A DNA stretch of 64,000 nt, taken from the IMG/VR virus record IMGVR_UViG_3300035661_000038, positions 17,956-81,955 of that record; one strand, given 5' to 3'. This stretch comes from a virus. Both the position numbers and the translations under genes were made by a program. This document shows, piece after piece, positions 48,524-57,529 of the stretch (the stretch's first letter is position 1; each line of letters opens with the position of its first letter). The notes under the pieces were generated by a model. That model searched no databases. It had not been told where the DNA came from and saw nothing but the letters and a program-made list of their open reading frames with translations.

Positions 48524-49210
48524 CTACTTCGCGAGACGCTTGAGCGCTTCGAGCACCGTCGCGCTCATGTCCTCGGTGCCGAACTTCTCCGCGAGCTCGC
48601 GCACGAGCTTGGTGAACACTTCGTGGTTCGCTTCGGCGAAGTAAAGCTGCACAACCTTGTCACTCATGCCCGAGGGGAGCCCCGCAGTCTTCGGTCCCTT
48701 GCCCTGCTTCGGCGGCTCGGGACTCAAGAGTTTCGCGAGCGTCGCGTCCGCGATGCCGAGATCGATCGCAATCGTCGCGACGTCGTGATTCGGCTGAATC
48801 TCCTTGAGCAGTTTCGTGAGCAGCTCGTCATCGAAGTGACCGCGCTTCGCGTCCACCTTGATCGTGAGCTTCTTCGCTTCGTACTCGGTAATCCCATCGA
48901 GGTACACCATCGGCCCCTCGACGAAGCCGAGCTCGCGCGCGACGAGCCATCGGTGCTCGCCGTCGATGATGACATTGCGAACCTCACCCTTGTCGTCGGT
49001 GCGCCAGATCAGCAACGCGTGCGAGTAGAGCCAACCGTCGGTCCTCAACCCTTGCTTCAAGCTCTCGCGTTCGAACGGCGTGAGCGTGTTCGGGTTCCAC
49101 GTGTTCGGCTTCACCGCATCGAGCGCTACGAGCTCGGGTGGCGTGCCGCGCATCTTCGCCAACACGTCACCAACCGTCGCATCCGTCTTCGTCATCGCCT
49201 TTCGTCCCAT
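48524..49210 (-). CDS. ParB-like domain protein with possible C-terminal ribbon-helix-helix
   Basis: KPNTWNPN, IIDGEHRW; C-terminal VVQLYF-helix-helix. Confidence 0.8.
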   Translation of the reverse strand: MGRKAMTKTDATVGDVLAKMRGTPPELVALDAVKPNTWNPNTLTPFERESLKQGLRTDGWLYSHALLIWRTDDKGEVRNVIIDGEHRWLVARELGFVEGPMVYLDGITEYEAKKLTIKVDAKRGHFDDELLTKLLKEIQPNHDVATIAIDLGIADATLAKLLSPEPPKQGKGPKTAGLPSGMSDKVVQLYFAEANHEVFTKLVRELAEKFGTEDMSATVLEALKRLAK

Positions 49211-49352
49211 AATGAGCGCCTCCGCGCACGACGGTAGCAGCGTTGGCGCGCGCGTCACTTCGATGCGAAGCGCCCCTGGTCGCCGGTCTTCGGTCCCGCG
49301 CCACGCTTCGCCGCCCAAGTTAGAAGCTCGCTCTTCGCTGTGACCGCAGGTC

Positions 49353-49889
49353 CTACCCGATCGAGAGCGCCGGAAAACCCAGCTCACTCAGCCCGTAGTT
49401 CGCGATGACAAAGGCGTCGCCCTCGTCGACGCTACGCCGCCACCCGAGCTCGCGCAGCCGGCGCGCGACCTCCTCCTTGATGCCCTTGCCGGTGCCGCGC
49501 CCGAGGAACAGCTTGCGTGCCGTCGTGTTGCTGATCGGCTTCGCGACGATTCCGAGCTCGCGCCAGATCGTGCTCTTCACAGTGCCACCGATCTCACCAA
49601 GCTGATGAGCCGAGTGCTGCATCGCGAACGAGTAGTTCTCGACGAAGACGTGCGTGACGTGCTCGCCGGCGAGGAACGCGACCACCTCGTTCGCGATCAT
49701 CACCAACCGGCGCACACGCGCCTCGTGGTCGGCATCCGCGTTCGAGCCCTTGAGCTTCTCGCCGATGCGCACCGACGACACGCACGCGATGTCGCACTCC
49801 CACGACCGCGCATCGATCACCGAGATGCCAGTACCAGTGAGCGACAGATCGAGCCCCGCGACGATGACATGCTGCTTGATGCGAGGCAT
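49353..49889 (-). CDS. RuvC-like Holliday junction resolvase
   Basis: GLDLSLTGTG, VFVENY and DEGDA motifs; ATG 7 nt after TAGGGT. Confidence 0.85.
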   Translation of the reverse strand: MPRIKQHVIVAGLDLSLTGTGISVIDARSWECDIACVSSVRIGEKLKGSNADADHEARVRRLVMIANEVVAFLAGEHVTHVFVENYSFAMQHSAHQLGEIGGTVKSTIWRELGIVAKPISNTTARKLFLGRGTGKGIKEEVARRLRELGWRRSVDEGDAFVIANYGLSELGFPALSIG

Positions 49890-50045
49890 GGACTCGACCC
49901 TAACCTTCCGGAGTCCAGCCATACACCGCGATCATCACGACGATCCGCGGCGGCCAACACGCTCGCGCGTGACGCGGTTGGTTCGGGCGCGAGATCGGCC
50001 GCCGGCAGAACGGGCACGGCCGCGACTCGTGGTTGAGTACCCACG

Positions 50046-50745
50046 TCACGCAACGACTCCCGATTGCCGCGCGAGGTGCTCGGCGTGCGCGGGTGGGATC
50101 GCCTGCGAAAGCTTTCCGACCGACATCCAATCGATCCCCATCGCGGCCCGCTGCACGTCGAGCGGGATGCGCCACACGCCAACCTCGACGGTCTTGCGCC
50201 GGTTCGTGCGGTTCGTCGCCTGCGGAAACCGCGCTTCCCACCGCGAATGGTCACAACGGCTTGGCGGCGCCGCCGCGAACGACGTCTCGAAGATCCGATG
50301 CCGCCGCACATCAAGCCCGAACACCGACCCGCAGAGCATCAGCGGGTCTTCGAGCGGCGCGCCGACAACGTTCTCGATCACATACGAGATACCCGACGCG
50401 CATAGCCTCTCACGCACCACGAGGATCATGTTCTCTCTCTCTCTCTCGCACGTGATCGGGACGACACTTGTACGCGGTGAACGCCTGACACGGAGGCGAC
50501 GCCCAGATGAAGTCGAACCCGTCGAGCGGGTACTCAGACTGCTCCTCGACGTCGACGCCCGTTACGATGAAACCGGCGCGCGCGAGCCCCATCGACGCGC
50601 CGCCCGCACAGCAGAAAAGATCGAGCGCACGCGGGATTCGCCTACGAGGCACAGCGAGCCCCTTCGGAAGCACAAGCACCTCCACCTTCGCCTCGCTAGG
50701 CAACGACACGCGCTCTCGCCCACTTGCCATCGCTGACCACCTCAA
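50046..50745 (-). pseudogene. C5-cytosine DNA methyltransferase split by a frameshift at (GA)8
   Basis: LDLFCCAGG (motif I) and ASPPCQ (IV) in one frame; IENV (VI) and VRRHR in the next. Confidence 0.85.
50432..50447. repeat. (TC)8/(GA)8 dinucleotide tract
   Basis: Sits exactly at the MTase frame junction. Confidence 0.9.
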
Positions 50746-52654
50746 TGCGACCGGGGAGCATCTCCACCGTGTCGGGCGAGTGCGAGATCACAAAAGCTTG
50801 CTCGATCGCATACCTACGAGAGAGAAAGCCCGCCAAGTGCGTGGCGAATGCTCGTCGATGAAATCGGTCAAGCGCGCCGAACGGCTCATCGATGAGCGCC
50901 ACGCTCCACGCACTGCTGCGATCCTCGCGAAGCCACGCCGACGCCGCGAGCTGCACCGCGCCGCCCGCGAGATCTTCCGCCGCACCGCTGCGGTTCGAGA
51001 GCTCGATCTCCAACTTGTTCACCAGATTCGGGCCACGTGCGGCGTTGCACCGAGTGCACGCCTTCACCTTCGCACTCGTCGGGAACGCAAGCCCACACGC
51101 GTCACACGACGTCGCGAGCCCGCTGCCCTCACGTGACCAGCGCACGCTCACCGAGAGCCCCACGCCGGCGTCGGCGAGCATGTCGTTCGCGAGCGCCTCG
51201 ATCTCACCAAGCGCGCCCTCGGCGAGCCGACGCTGGATCCCATGCTTGCCGATCACGGCGAGACAGGCGCGCGAGAGCTCGACCTCGGCGCGCTCCGCGG
51301 CAAGCGCCGTCTGGAGCCGCGCGATCTCCGCGTCCGCTCGCGCGATCTCCGAGATCACGCGCCGGATCGCATCGCGCTCCGTCCTCAGATCCACAACCTC
51401 GTTCTGCGCGGCGTCGAGCGCCGCCTGGAGCGGCTCGCGCGCCACCGAGATACCAATGCCCGCGTCCAACGCCGCATCGATCTGGTCCTGGAGCGTGCCC
51501 GCGCGCTCGCGCATCGACTCCAGCCGCGCGCGCCGACGTTCGAGATCCTGGGCATCGCGCTCCGCGTCGCTCGCATCGCTCGCGGCCACACGGCGCGCTT
51601 CTTCGAGCCGTTCGCGATCCTTCTCCGCCGCGTCGAGCAGCGCTCGGTTCTCCGTCCGCCGCGCGTTGATCTGCGCGCGCGCCGGGCACTCCATCTCCGC
51701 GACCGGGCACCGCCCGTCGAACTGCCCCGACGCGACGGCGCGGCGCTTGTGGACAAGCGCAGAGGCGGCGCTGACATCAGCAGCAAGCTTGGCCGCGTCG
51801 TGACGAAGACGCACTGCGCGCTCAGTAATGTTCTCCGCGTCGCAGTCGGCGATGTCTTCCGCGAGCAGCTTGCCATCGACGTTGAGCTTGCCGAGCTCGC
51901 AACGCGCCGCTTCGAGGCGCCACGCCGCCTCGTTCGCGTCAATCGCGGCACGCGCGGCGTCGTACTTCTCTTGCGCAACGACGAGATCCACTTCGCACGA
52001 CGCGAGATCGCCCGCGAGCTCGGCCGACTCCTTCGCGTTCGCCGACGCGAGCGAGCGCGCGCGGAGCTCCATCTGGATCGTCAACGCACGCTCCAACTTC
52101 TCGACGCGCTCGACGAGCGTCGACAGCGCATCGCTTTCAGCCTTCTCGGCAGCCTGGAGCGGGCCGAGCCGCAACCACCCCGACACAATGTCCATGCGCT
52201 CACTCGCGCGCATCAACACAAGCCGTCCCATCGCCCGCTGCTCGAAGTACGAGCTCGCACGGAAGTCTTCTGACGAAAGCCCGATCGCGCGCACGATCTC
52301 CGCCTCCGCCGCCTCACCCATCGCCGCCTCACCGCCGCTCGCCGGATACCACCATACCTTCGTCGCACCCGAGCCGCTCCGAGAGCGCGTGATGCGAGCA
52401 CCGTTGTCGAACCTCAAGACCACCTCACCCGCCGTCTCGCCGCGCGAGATCCACCCGCCCGCCGTCGAATGGATGTGGCGCCCGTAAAGGCCAAACTCAA
52501 TCGCGCGCAGCAGCGAGCTCTTGCCCGCCCAGTTCGAGGCGTCAGGGTTGTCTGCGCGCTGCGCGACGATCGCGTAGGTCTTCGCTTCGAGATCGAGCAG
52601 ATGCTCACCGCGGTAGCATTCCCAGTTCCGAATCTTGATCGAAGCGATACGCAC
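50696..52654 (-). CDS. Rad50/SbcC-like ATPase (T4 gp46-like)
   Basis: NWAGKSS, YFEQ, coiled coil with CPV hook, RSG, LIDEPFGALD and ISH. Confidence 0.9.
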   Translation of the reverse strand: MRIASIKIRNWECYRGEHLLDLEAKTYAIVAQRADNPDASNWAGKSSLLRAIEFGLYGRHIHSTAGGWISRGETAGEVVLRFDNGARITRSRSGSGATKVWWYPASGGEAAMGEAAEAEIVRAIGLSSEDFRASSYFEQRAMGRLVLMRASERMDIVSGWLRLGPLQAAEKAESDALSTLVERVEKLERALTIQMELRARSLASANAKESAELAGDLASCEVDLVVAQEKYDAARAAIDANEAAWRLEAARCELGKLNVDGKLLAEDIADCDAENITERAVRLRHDAAKLAADVSAASALVHKRRAVASGQFDGRCPVAEMECPARAQINARRTENRALLDAAEKDRERLEEARRVAASDASDAERDAQDLERRRARLESMRERAGTLQDQIDAALDAGIGISVAREPLQAALDAAQNEVVDLRTERDAIRRVISEIARADAEIARLQTALAAERAEVELSRACLAVIGKHGIQRRLAEGALGEIEALANDMLADAGVGLSVSVRWSREGSGLATSCDACGLAFPTSAKVKACTRCNAARGPNLVNKLEIELSNRSGAAEDLAGGAVQLAASAWLREDRSSAWSVALIDEPFGALDRFHRRAFATHLAGFLSRRYAIEQAFVISHSPDTVEMLPGRIEVVSDGKWARARVVA

Positions 52655-52663
52655 GCGCGCCTC

Positions 52664-53035
52664 CTACTGCGGCCAGCCCTCACGCTCGGCGCGCGCCTTG
52701 AACCTCACGACGTCGACCGAGTACGCAGTGCCATCCTCGGCAGGCGTGACCTCGGGCCAGAGCCGATGCAGCTCCCGCTCGTAGATGTCCGCCTCGTCGG
52801 CGATGCGGCGCTGGAGGTCAGGCAGCGTCACAAGCCCCTTCTCGACAAGCAACGCGGTGAGCGCGTTGAGCTCGCAGCGCTGGTAATGGCGACACTCGTC
52901 GAGCTCGCGGAACTGCTTGAATGCGCCGTTGTTGTTCGTCGCCATGCCCGCGATGCGCCCGACCGCGTAATGCGCGTACAGCCGCAACCGCATGAACGCT
53001 CGCATCAATCTCGTCTCATGGTCGATCACGCCCAT
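52664..53035 (-). CDS. Hypothetical protein
   Basis: AGGAGG SD; 123 aa. Confidence 0.6.
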   Translation of the reverse strand: MGVIDHETRLMRAFMRLRLYAHYAVGRIAGMATNNNGAFKQFRELDECRHYQRCELNALTALLVEKGLVTLPDLQRRIADEADIYERELHRLWPEVTPAEDGTAYSVDVVRFKARAEREGWPQ

Positions 53036-53044
53036 AGGTTCCTC

Positions 53045-53497
53045 CTAAAGCCCCACTTCACCGAGCCGGCGTTCGACCCGCGCGAGCAACGCCGCGTGGT
53101 CCGGGTAAGACGATGCCGCGACGATCTCCCCCGCGACGTCGCGCGCGCCGACGCGCTGGATGTGGCGGACGCGCTGCTGAGTGACGACAGCGCTACGCCG
53201 CGTCGGCAGGACGCGGACAGCGACGGCGTAGCGCTCGACCCAATCACGCGCCCGAGCAACATCCGCCAGCGGGCAGTCGACCGGCGGACGGAGCCGGACG
53301 ATCGACCCCTTCACGAGCCCACCGTACGTCTCCTCGGCGTTCGAGTGCGTCCAGAACGGGCTGTCCGCGTCGAAGGTGACGAGACGCGCGGTGGCGACCT
53401 CGACGTGCTTGGCGAGCGGCGGACCAAAAGGCGCCTTTTGGTCGTCGACGGACGCCGGCGTCGGCATCGAGATCCTCGGCATCGGGATCCTCGGCAT
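53045..53497 (-). CDS. Hypothetical protein, possibly a detached Mre11/SbcD C-terminal domain
   Basis: TGATG start; MPRIPMPRISMP; lies between sbcD-like and sbcC-like genes. Confidence 0.5.
   Translation of the reverse strand: MPRIPMPRISMPTPASVDDQKAPFGPPLAKHVEVATARLVTFDADSPFWTHSNAEETYGGLVKGSIVRLRPPVDCPLADVARARDWVERYAVAVRVLPTRRSAVVTQQRVRHIQRVGARDVAGEIVAASSYPDHAALLARVERRLGEVGL
53422..53443. repeat. 22-bp dispersed palindrome copy 12 (GGCGCC, perfect)
   Basis: In the low-complexity 5' part of 53045..53497. Confidence 0.95.
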
Positions 53498-53591
53498 CAG
53501 AATCCCCTCACGATCCGCGCTTCGACTTCGGCGGTCGTGCACGCATCGACGATGCTCTGCCCCTCCAACCGATCGTTCTCTCGCGACATCC

Positions 53592-54356
53592 TCAGACCTC
53601 CAGGAGCAGGTAGCCGGGACGGTTGCGCTCCTCGCCGAACGTCAGCCGCGCGAGCGACCCGACGACGTAAAGCGACGTCTCACCGAACCCGTTGGTGGTC
53701 GGCGGCCCCTCGAAGACACGTTGCGCGCCGGCGTCGAGCCGGTAGACGCCGCGCTCGTGGTAGTGCCCCGAGACCACAACCGCGGCGTTGGTCGCGATCT
53801 GCCGAATCGGCAGCGCGCGCTCGGCGCCGCGGGGCATCTCGTTGGTCTCCTCGCCCGGGTCGATGCCAGGGATCGTGAGGTGCGAGAACACGACGAGCGA
53901 CCGCTTCGACTGCTGCGCCGCGAGCTCGGCGAACGCCGCCGCGTAGTCGACGCCACCCGCGACGTGCGGAAGCGCGATGACGTCGTGCGACCACCCAGGC
54001 CACGCAAAGCGCGCGGGCTTCTCGGCGACGAGCGTATGAAAGTCGAGCGCCCGGAGCGGCGAGAGCGACGTGGTGCCGAACCCGTCGCCCACGACGTCGT
54101 GGTTACCCGCGATCCATAACGTCGGAATCCCGCAGTTGCCGAGCGCGGTGGCGATACCGATCGCAACCTCGACACACCGCAAGACCACCGACCCCGAATC
54201 AGGGTCGCAGAGGTCACCGACGAACGCGAACAGGTCGGCCCCACCCGACGCCGCGGCATCGGCCGCCGCGCGCATCGCGTCGCGGATCTCGTCGAACCGC
54301 GCCACGCCCGCGGTCGTCCAATCGAGGTGCGCGTCTGAACAAGCAACGATCTTCAC
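53592..54356 (-). CDS. Mre11/SbcD-like metallophosphoesterase nuclease
   Basis: SDAH, VGDLCD, AGNHD and SGHYH motifs; GTG start with GGAGG SD. Confidence 0.88.
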   Translation of the reverse strand: MKIVACSDAHLDWTTAGVARFDEIRDAMRAAADAAASGGADLFAFVGDLCDPDSGSVVLRCVEVAIGIATALGNCGIPTLWIAGNHDVVGDGFGTTSLSPLRALDFHTLVAEKPARFAWPGWSHDVIALPHVAGGVDYAAAFAELAAQQSKRSLVVFSHLTIPGIDPGEETNEMPRGAERALPIRQIATNAAVVVSGHYHERGVYRLDAGAQRVFEGPPTTNGFGETSLYVVGSLARLTFGEERNRPGYLLLEV

Positions 54357-54493
54357 CGCGACCTCCGCTTCCACGGCGCGGCGAGCTTGAAGCCCTTCGC
54401 CGTCGACATCCTCGCGGCTTCGATGAACCGCTCGTCGCTCCCCCACGTCTCGTCGACTTCGACGTATCCGTGATCCAGAAGTTCGATTCGCAT
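54353..54493 (-). pseudogene. thyX: Truncated ThyX N-terminal fragment (46 aa)
   Basis: MRIELLDHGYVEVDETWGSDERFIEAARMSTAKGF resembles the ThyX N-terminus; stops before the catalytic motifs. Confidence 0.65.
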
Positions 54494-54496
54494 CCG

Positions 54497-55765
54497 TCAA
54501 CTCTCCACAACACCATCAGCGTCATGCTCGATCGGCGGCGCCTTCTCAAACGCCGCGCGCACCTCGCGCTCCAACGCCACAACGAGATCAGGCGACTCGT
54601 GAAGCAGCTTGAGCGCCTTGAGCTCGCCCTGGACCTTCTTCCCGACGAACGTGATCCACGAGCCGCTCTCATCGACGACTCCGAGCCGCCGCCCGAGCTC
54701 CAGGAGATCACGCGGCCGATCGAACCCCTCGGGGAACATCGACCCGTTCGACGTGTGGAAATACGCAACCTGCACGCGGTCGGTCTTCTGCGCGACCTTG
54801 GTCTTGTGAATGGTGATGCGGTGACGCTCGCCGATCGCAGGCAAGCGCTCCTCGCCCTTCTCAGCCTTACGCTCGTAAACCCATCCCGCGCGCTCGACGC
54901 GGATGGCCTGCGACGCCTCGTAATAGAGCGACTTGCCGCCGCCGACCTTGAACGCGCGCCCCGCAGCCTTGTCGCGCGCGTCAGCATCCGGGTCCTCAGC
55001 CTCGCGCGCAATCACGAGCATCGCCGTCTGCGTCGAGGCGAGGAGCGGCACGAGCTCGTCCATCCACGCCGCATTCATCGCCGCGCGGATCTGCGCCGCG
55101 CGCCCACCGTACCCGTCGACACCATGCTTCTCAGCACCCTCGACGAGCTTCTTCATCAGGTTCTGCGGCACGAGCTTGCGGATCGAGTCAACGACGATGA
55201 GCGCAGAGGTGTCCGGCGCGATCTTGCTGTCAGAGCGGAGGCGCGCGATCTCGCGGCAGAAGTCGCGCACCGCGTCGACCGTCGCTTCGTACGACGTCGG
55301 CCGCATCGCGAAGAACCGATCCGAGTCAGCGTGTGCACCCAGGAGGTGCTCCACCCAATCGAGCGGCGTCGTGAACTCCGCGTCGATGAGCGCGGCGTAG
55401 TGGTTCCGCGCAAGAAAGCTCCCGATGAGCCCGAGCGCGTAGATCGTCTTGCCGTGGTTCGACGGACCGTGAAGCAACATGAACCGCTCGATCGGCAACC
55501 CGCCGACGCCGCCCGCGTGGTCGTACTGGACGAACCACGTCGGCACCGCCCTCACAAGCCGGAGCACCTCGCGCGCGGGTCGGAACCCGCCGAAACGGTC
55601 CGCCACATTGTCGAGATCCTTCTGCCTGGCGCGCGAGCTCTCGCGACTCGCGACACGCGCGGCAGGCTTCTTAGCCGCGGGCTTCTTAGCTACAGGCTTC
55701 TTCGTCGTCTTCTTGACCGCGGGCTTCTTCGCCGCCGCGATCGGCATCGGCTCGCGAGGCATCAT
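54497..55765 (-). CDS. RecA/UvsX-like recombinase with a histone-H1-like N-terminal tail
   Basis: GPSNHGKT, LIDAE, LIVVDS, GGGKSLYY and SGSWI...QG motifs. Confidence 0.9.
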   Translation of the reverse strand: MMPREPMPIAAAKKPAVKKTTKKPVAKKPAAKKPAARVASRESSRARQKDLDNVADRFGGFRPAREVLRLVRAVPTWFVQYDHAGGVGGLPIERFMLLHGPSNHGKTIYALGLIGSFLARNHYAALIDAEFTTPLDWVEHLLGAHADSDRFFAMRPTSYEATVDAVRDFCREIARLRSDSKIAPDTSALIVVDSIRKLVPQNLMKKLVEGAEKHGVDGYGGRAAQIRAAMNAAWMDELVPLLASTQTAMLVIAREAEDPDADARDKAAGRAFKVGGGKSLYYEASQAIRVERAGWVYERKAEKGEERLPAIGERHRITIHKTKVAQKTDRVQVAYFHTSNGSMFPEGFDRPRDLLELGRRLGVVDESGSWITFVGKKVQGELKALKLLHESPDLVVALEREVRAAFEKAPPIEHDADGVVES

Positions 55766-56037
55766 CCCGCCTTGCCCGCAACGAGCCCGACGAACTGCAC
55801 GCCGTGCATCTCGAAGCCGCTCGACGGGCGCTTGAGCGCGACGAGGCTCACTACGCTCTCGGACGGCAGCGACACACACAGCTCCGTCCGCCGCGCACGG
55901 GCGGCGTCGAGCGCCCGGACGATCTCGTCGGGCCGCGTGTCATCGAAGAACACGACGTCGTGGACCCGACGACCCGCAACAACGTGGATGTAGTTGTTCG
56001 CGCGACTGCGCGCGGGAATCGAAATTGAGATCCTCAT
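55762..56037 (-). CDS. Hypothetical protein
   Basis: GGAGG SD; ATGA coupling. Confidence 0.5.
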   Translation of the reverse strand: MRISISIPARSRANNYIHVVAGRRVHDVVFFDDTRPDEIVRALDAARARRTELCVSLPSESVVSLVALKRPSSGFEMHGVQFVGLVAGKAG

Positions 56038-56079
56038 CGCCTCTCACCTCCAGCGCGCGTCGATGCCGCGCATCGACGC

Positions 56080-56108
56080 AAAAGGGGGAGCCCACTCGGG
56101 CTCCCCCT
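56080..56108 (-). terminator. Intrinsic terminator after the SSB gene
   Basis: AGGGGGAGCCC-GAGT-GGGCTCCCCCT-TTT. Confidence 0.75.
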
Positions 56109-56127
56109 CTCGCACGTCACCGAGCTC

Positions 56128-57450
56128 TCAGAACGCGAGCTTGCGCTTGCCCGCTGCCGACGCCGACTCGACGGACGGCTTGGCCGCCACCTTGGGAGGG
56201 TCGGCCTTCTTCGTCTGCGGGGGCGGCGCCGCGGGCGCGGCGTCCTCGGCGTCGAGCGGCGCGCCGCACTTCGGGCACTCCGTCGCCGTCGCGCTCACCG
56301 GCTCGCCGCACTCCTCGCACTCGAACGGTAGATCGTCATCCTCGTCGTCGAACGGCGTGGAATCCGGCTTCGCCGAGCTCACGGCCGCGCGCGGCGCCGC
56401 GTCTTCGTAGTTCTCGTCACGACGCCGCGACGATGCCTTCGGCGGCTTGTCCTTCGAGTCGCGCGGCTTGCTCATGTCGTGGCCCTCGAAGATGCGATCC
56501 CACGGCAGCTCGACGAGCGAGTACCGCTCCATCAGCGCACGCAGCATCGCCGCGTCGCCCGGGACGCACTGATCATTCACACGATCGATCACCGCACGCG
56601 CGTCGGAGCGAATGAGCTTCTCGATCTCGTCGGTGAGCTCGACCTTCGAGAGAGCGAGATCGATCGCGTGGTACTTCTTGTTGAACTCCTTCTCTGCCGG
56701 CCGGTGATACCAGCGGATCGCGCACGGATTCCGCGCGAAGCTCCCCTCTTCGACCCCGAGACGATCGCGGCGGTCGGCGATGACGCCGCGGACCTTCTCC
56801 CCAAGCAACGCCGTCTCGACCGCGATCTGAACGCCACGCGAGGGTTCCTTGTTGTCGACGACGGCGAAGACATACGAGAGCTTCGCCATCATGTTCTCCT
56901 TCCAGACGTCCTTGAGCGACAACTTGGCGTCGCGGAACCTCTTGAAGGTGAGCGGCCCCTCGTCGGCGAAATCCTCGCGGTCACGCGGGAACCCGCCGTA
57001 AATGCCCGCTGCATGAATGACGACCGCATCCGCAGGGTCCGACCCCTCGAAACGGAAGATCGGCTCCAGCGGATCGATCTGTCCATCGAGCACCGCCACG
57101 CGAACGATGTCCGCCATACGGCACATCGGGCACCGGCACGGCGGCGCGACACGGTGACCGTCGTCGTCGATCTTGAACTGCTTCTTGAGAACCTCTTCGG
57201 ACTCGTGGCAGTTGAACTTCATCGACCAGACCACGCGCTCCATCTCACGCGTGTCCTTGTTCTCGCGCGTCTCGACCCGGTAAAAGCCGTGCTGCCACAC
57301 AGGCTTCGGCGAGAGCGCCGTGTGCATCCACGTGTCGACCTGGGGCGGCTCGCGCTTCTTCCAATTGCCGAGGAACTTGCCGCCGCCGCCACCGTCACGG
57401 CCACTGTGGGAGAGGAACTCGTCAAACGGATCGTGCTCGGTCGTGGACAT
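56128..57450 (-). CDS. Single-stranded DNA-binding protein (gp32-like) with C-terminal zinc ribbon
   Basis: GGGGKF, WQH, CPMC and YVFAVVD; acidic DDEDDDLPF; CEEC...CPKC. Confidence 0.65.
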   Translation of the reverse strand: MSTTEHDPFDEFLSHSGRDGGGGGKFLGNWKKREPPQVDTWMHTALSPKPVWQHGFYRVETRENKDTREMERVVWSMKFNCHESEEVLKKQFKIDDDGHRVAPPCRCPMCRMADIVRVAVLDGQIDPLEPIFRFEGSDPADAVVIHAAGIYGGFPRDREDFADEGPLTFKRFRDAKLSLKDVWKENMMAKLSYVFAVVDNKEPSRGVQIAVETALLGEKVRGVIADRRDRLGVEEGSFARNPCAIRWYHRPAEKEFNKKYHAIDLALSKVELTDEIEKLIRSDARAVIDRVNDQCVPGDAAMLRALMERYSLVELPWDRIFEGHDMSKPRDSKDKPPKASSRRRDENYEDAAPRAAVSSAKPDSTPFDDEDDDLPFECEECGEPVSATATECPKCGAPLDAEDAAPAAPPPQTKKADPPKVAAKPSVESASAAGKRKLAF

Positions 57451-57529
57451 TGGGTCTCTCTTTCTTGGACCACGGGGCCAACCCCCACGGTCAATCCCCC
57501 CTCGGGGGGAGTCAGGCGACGATACGCCT

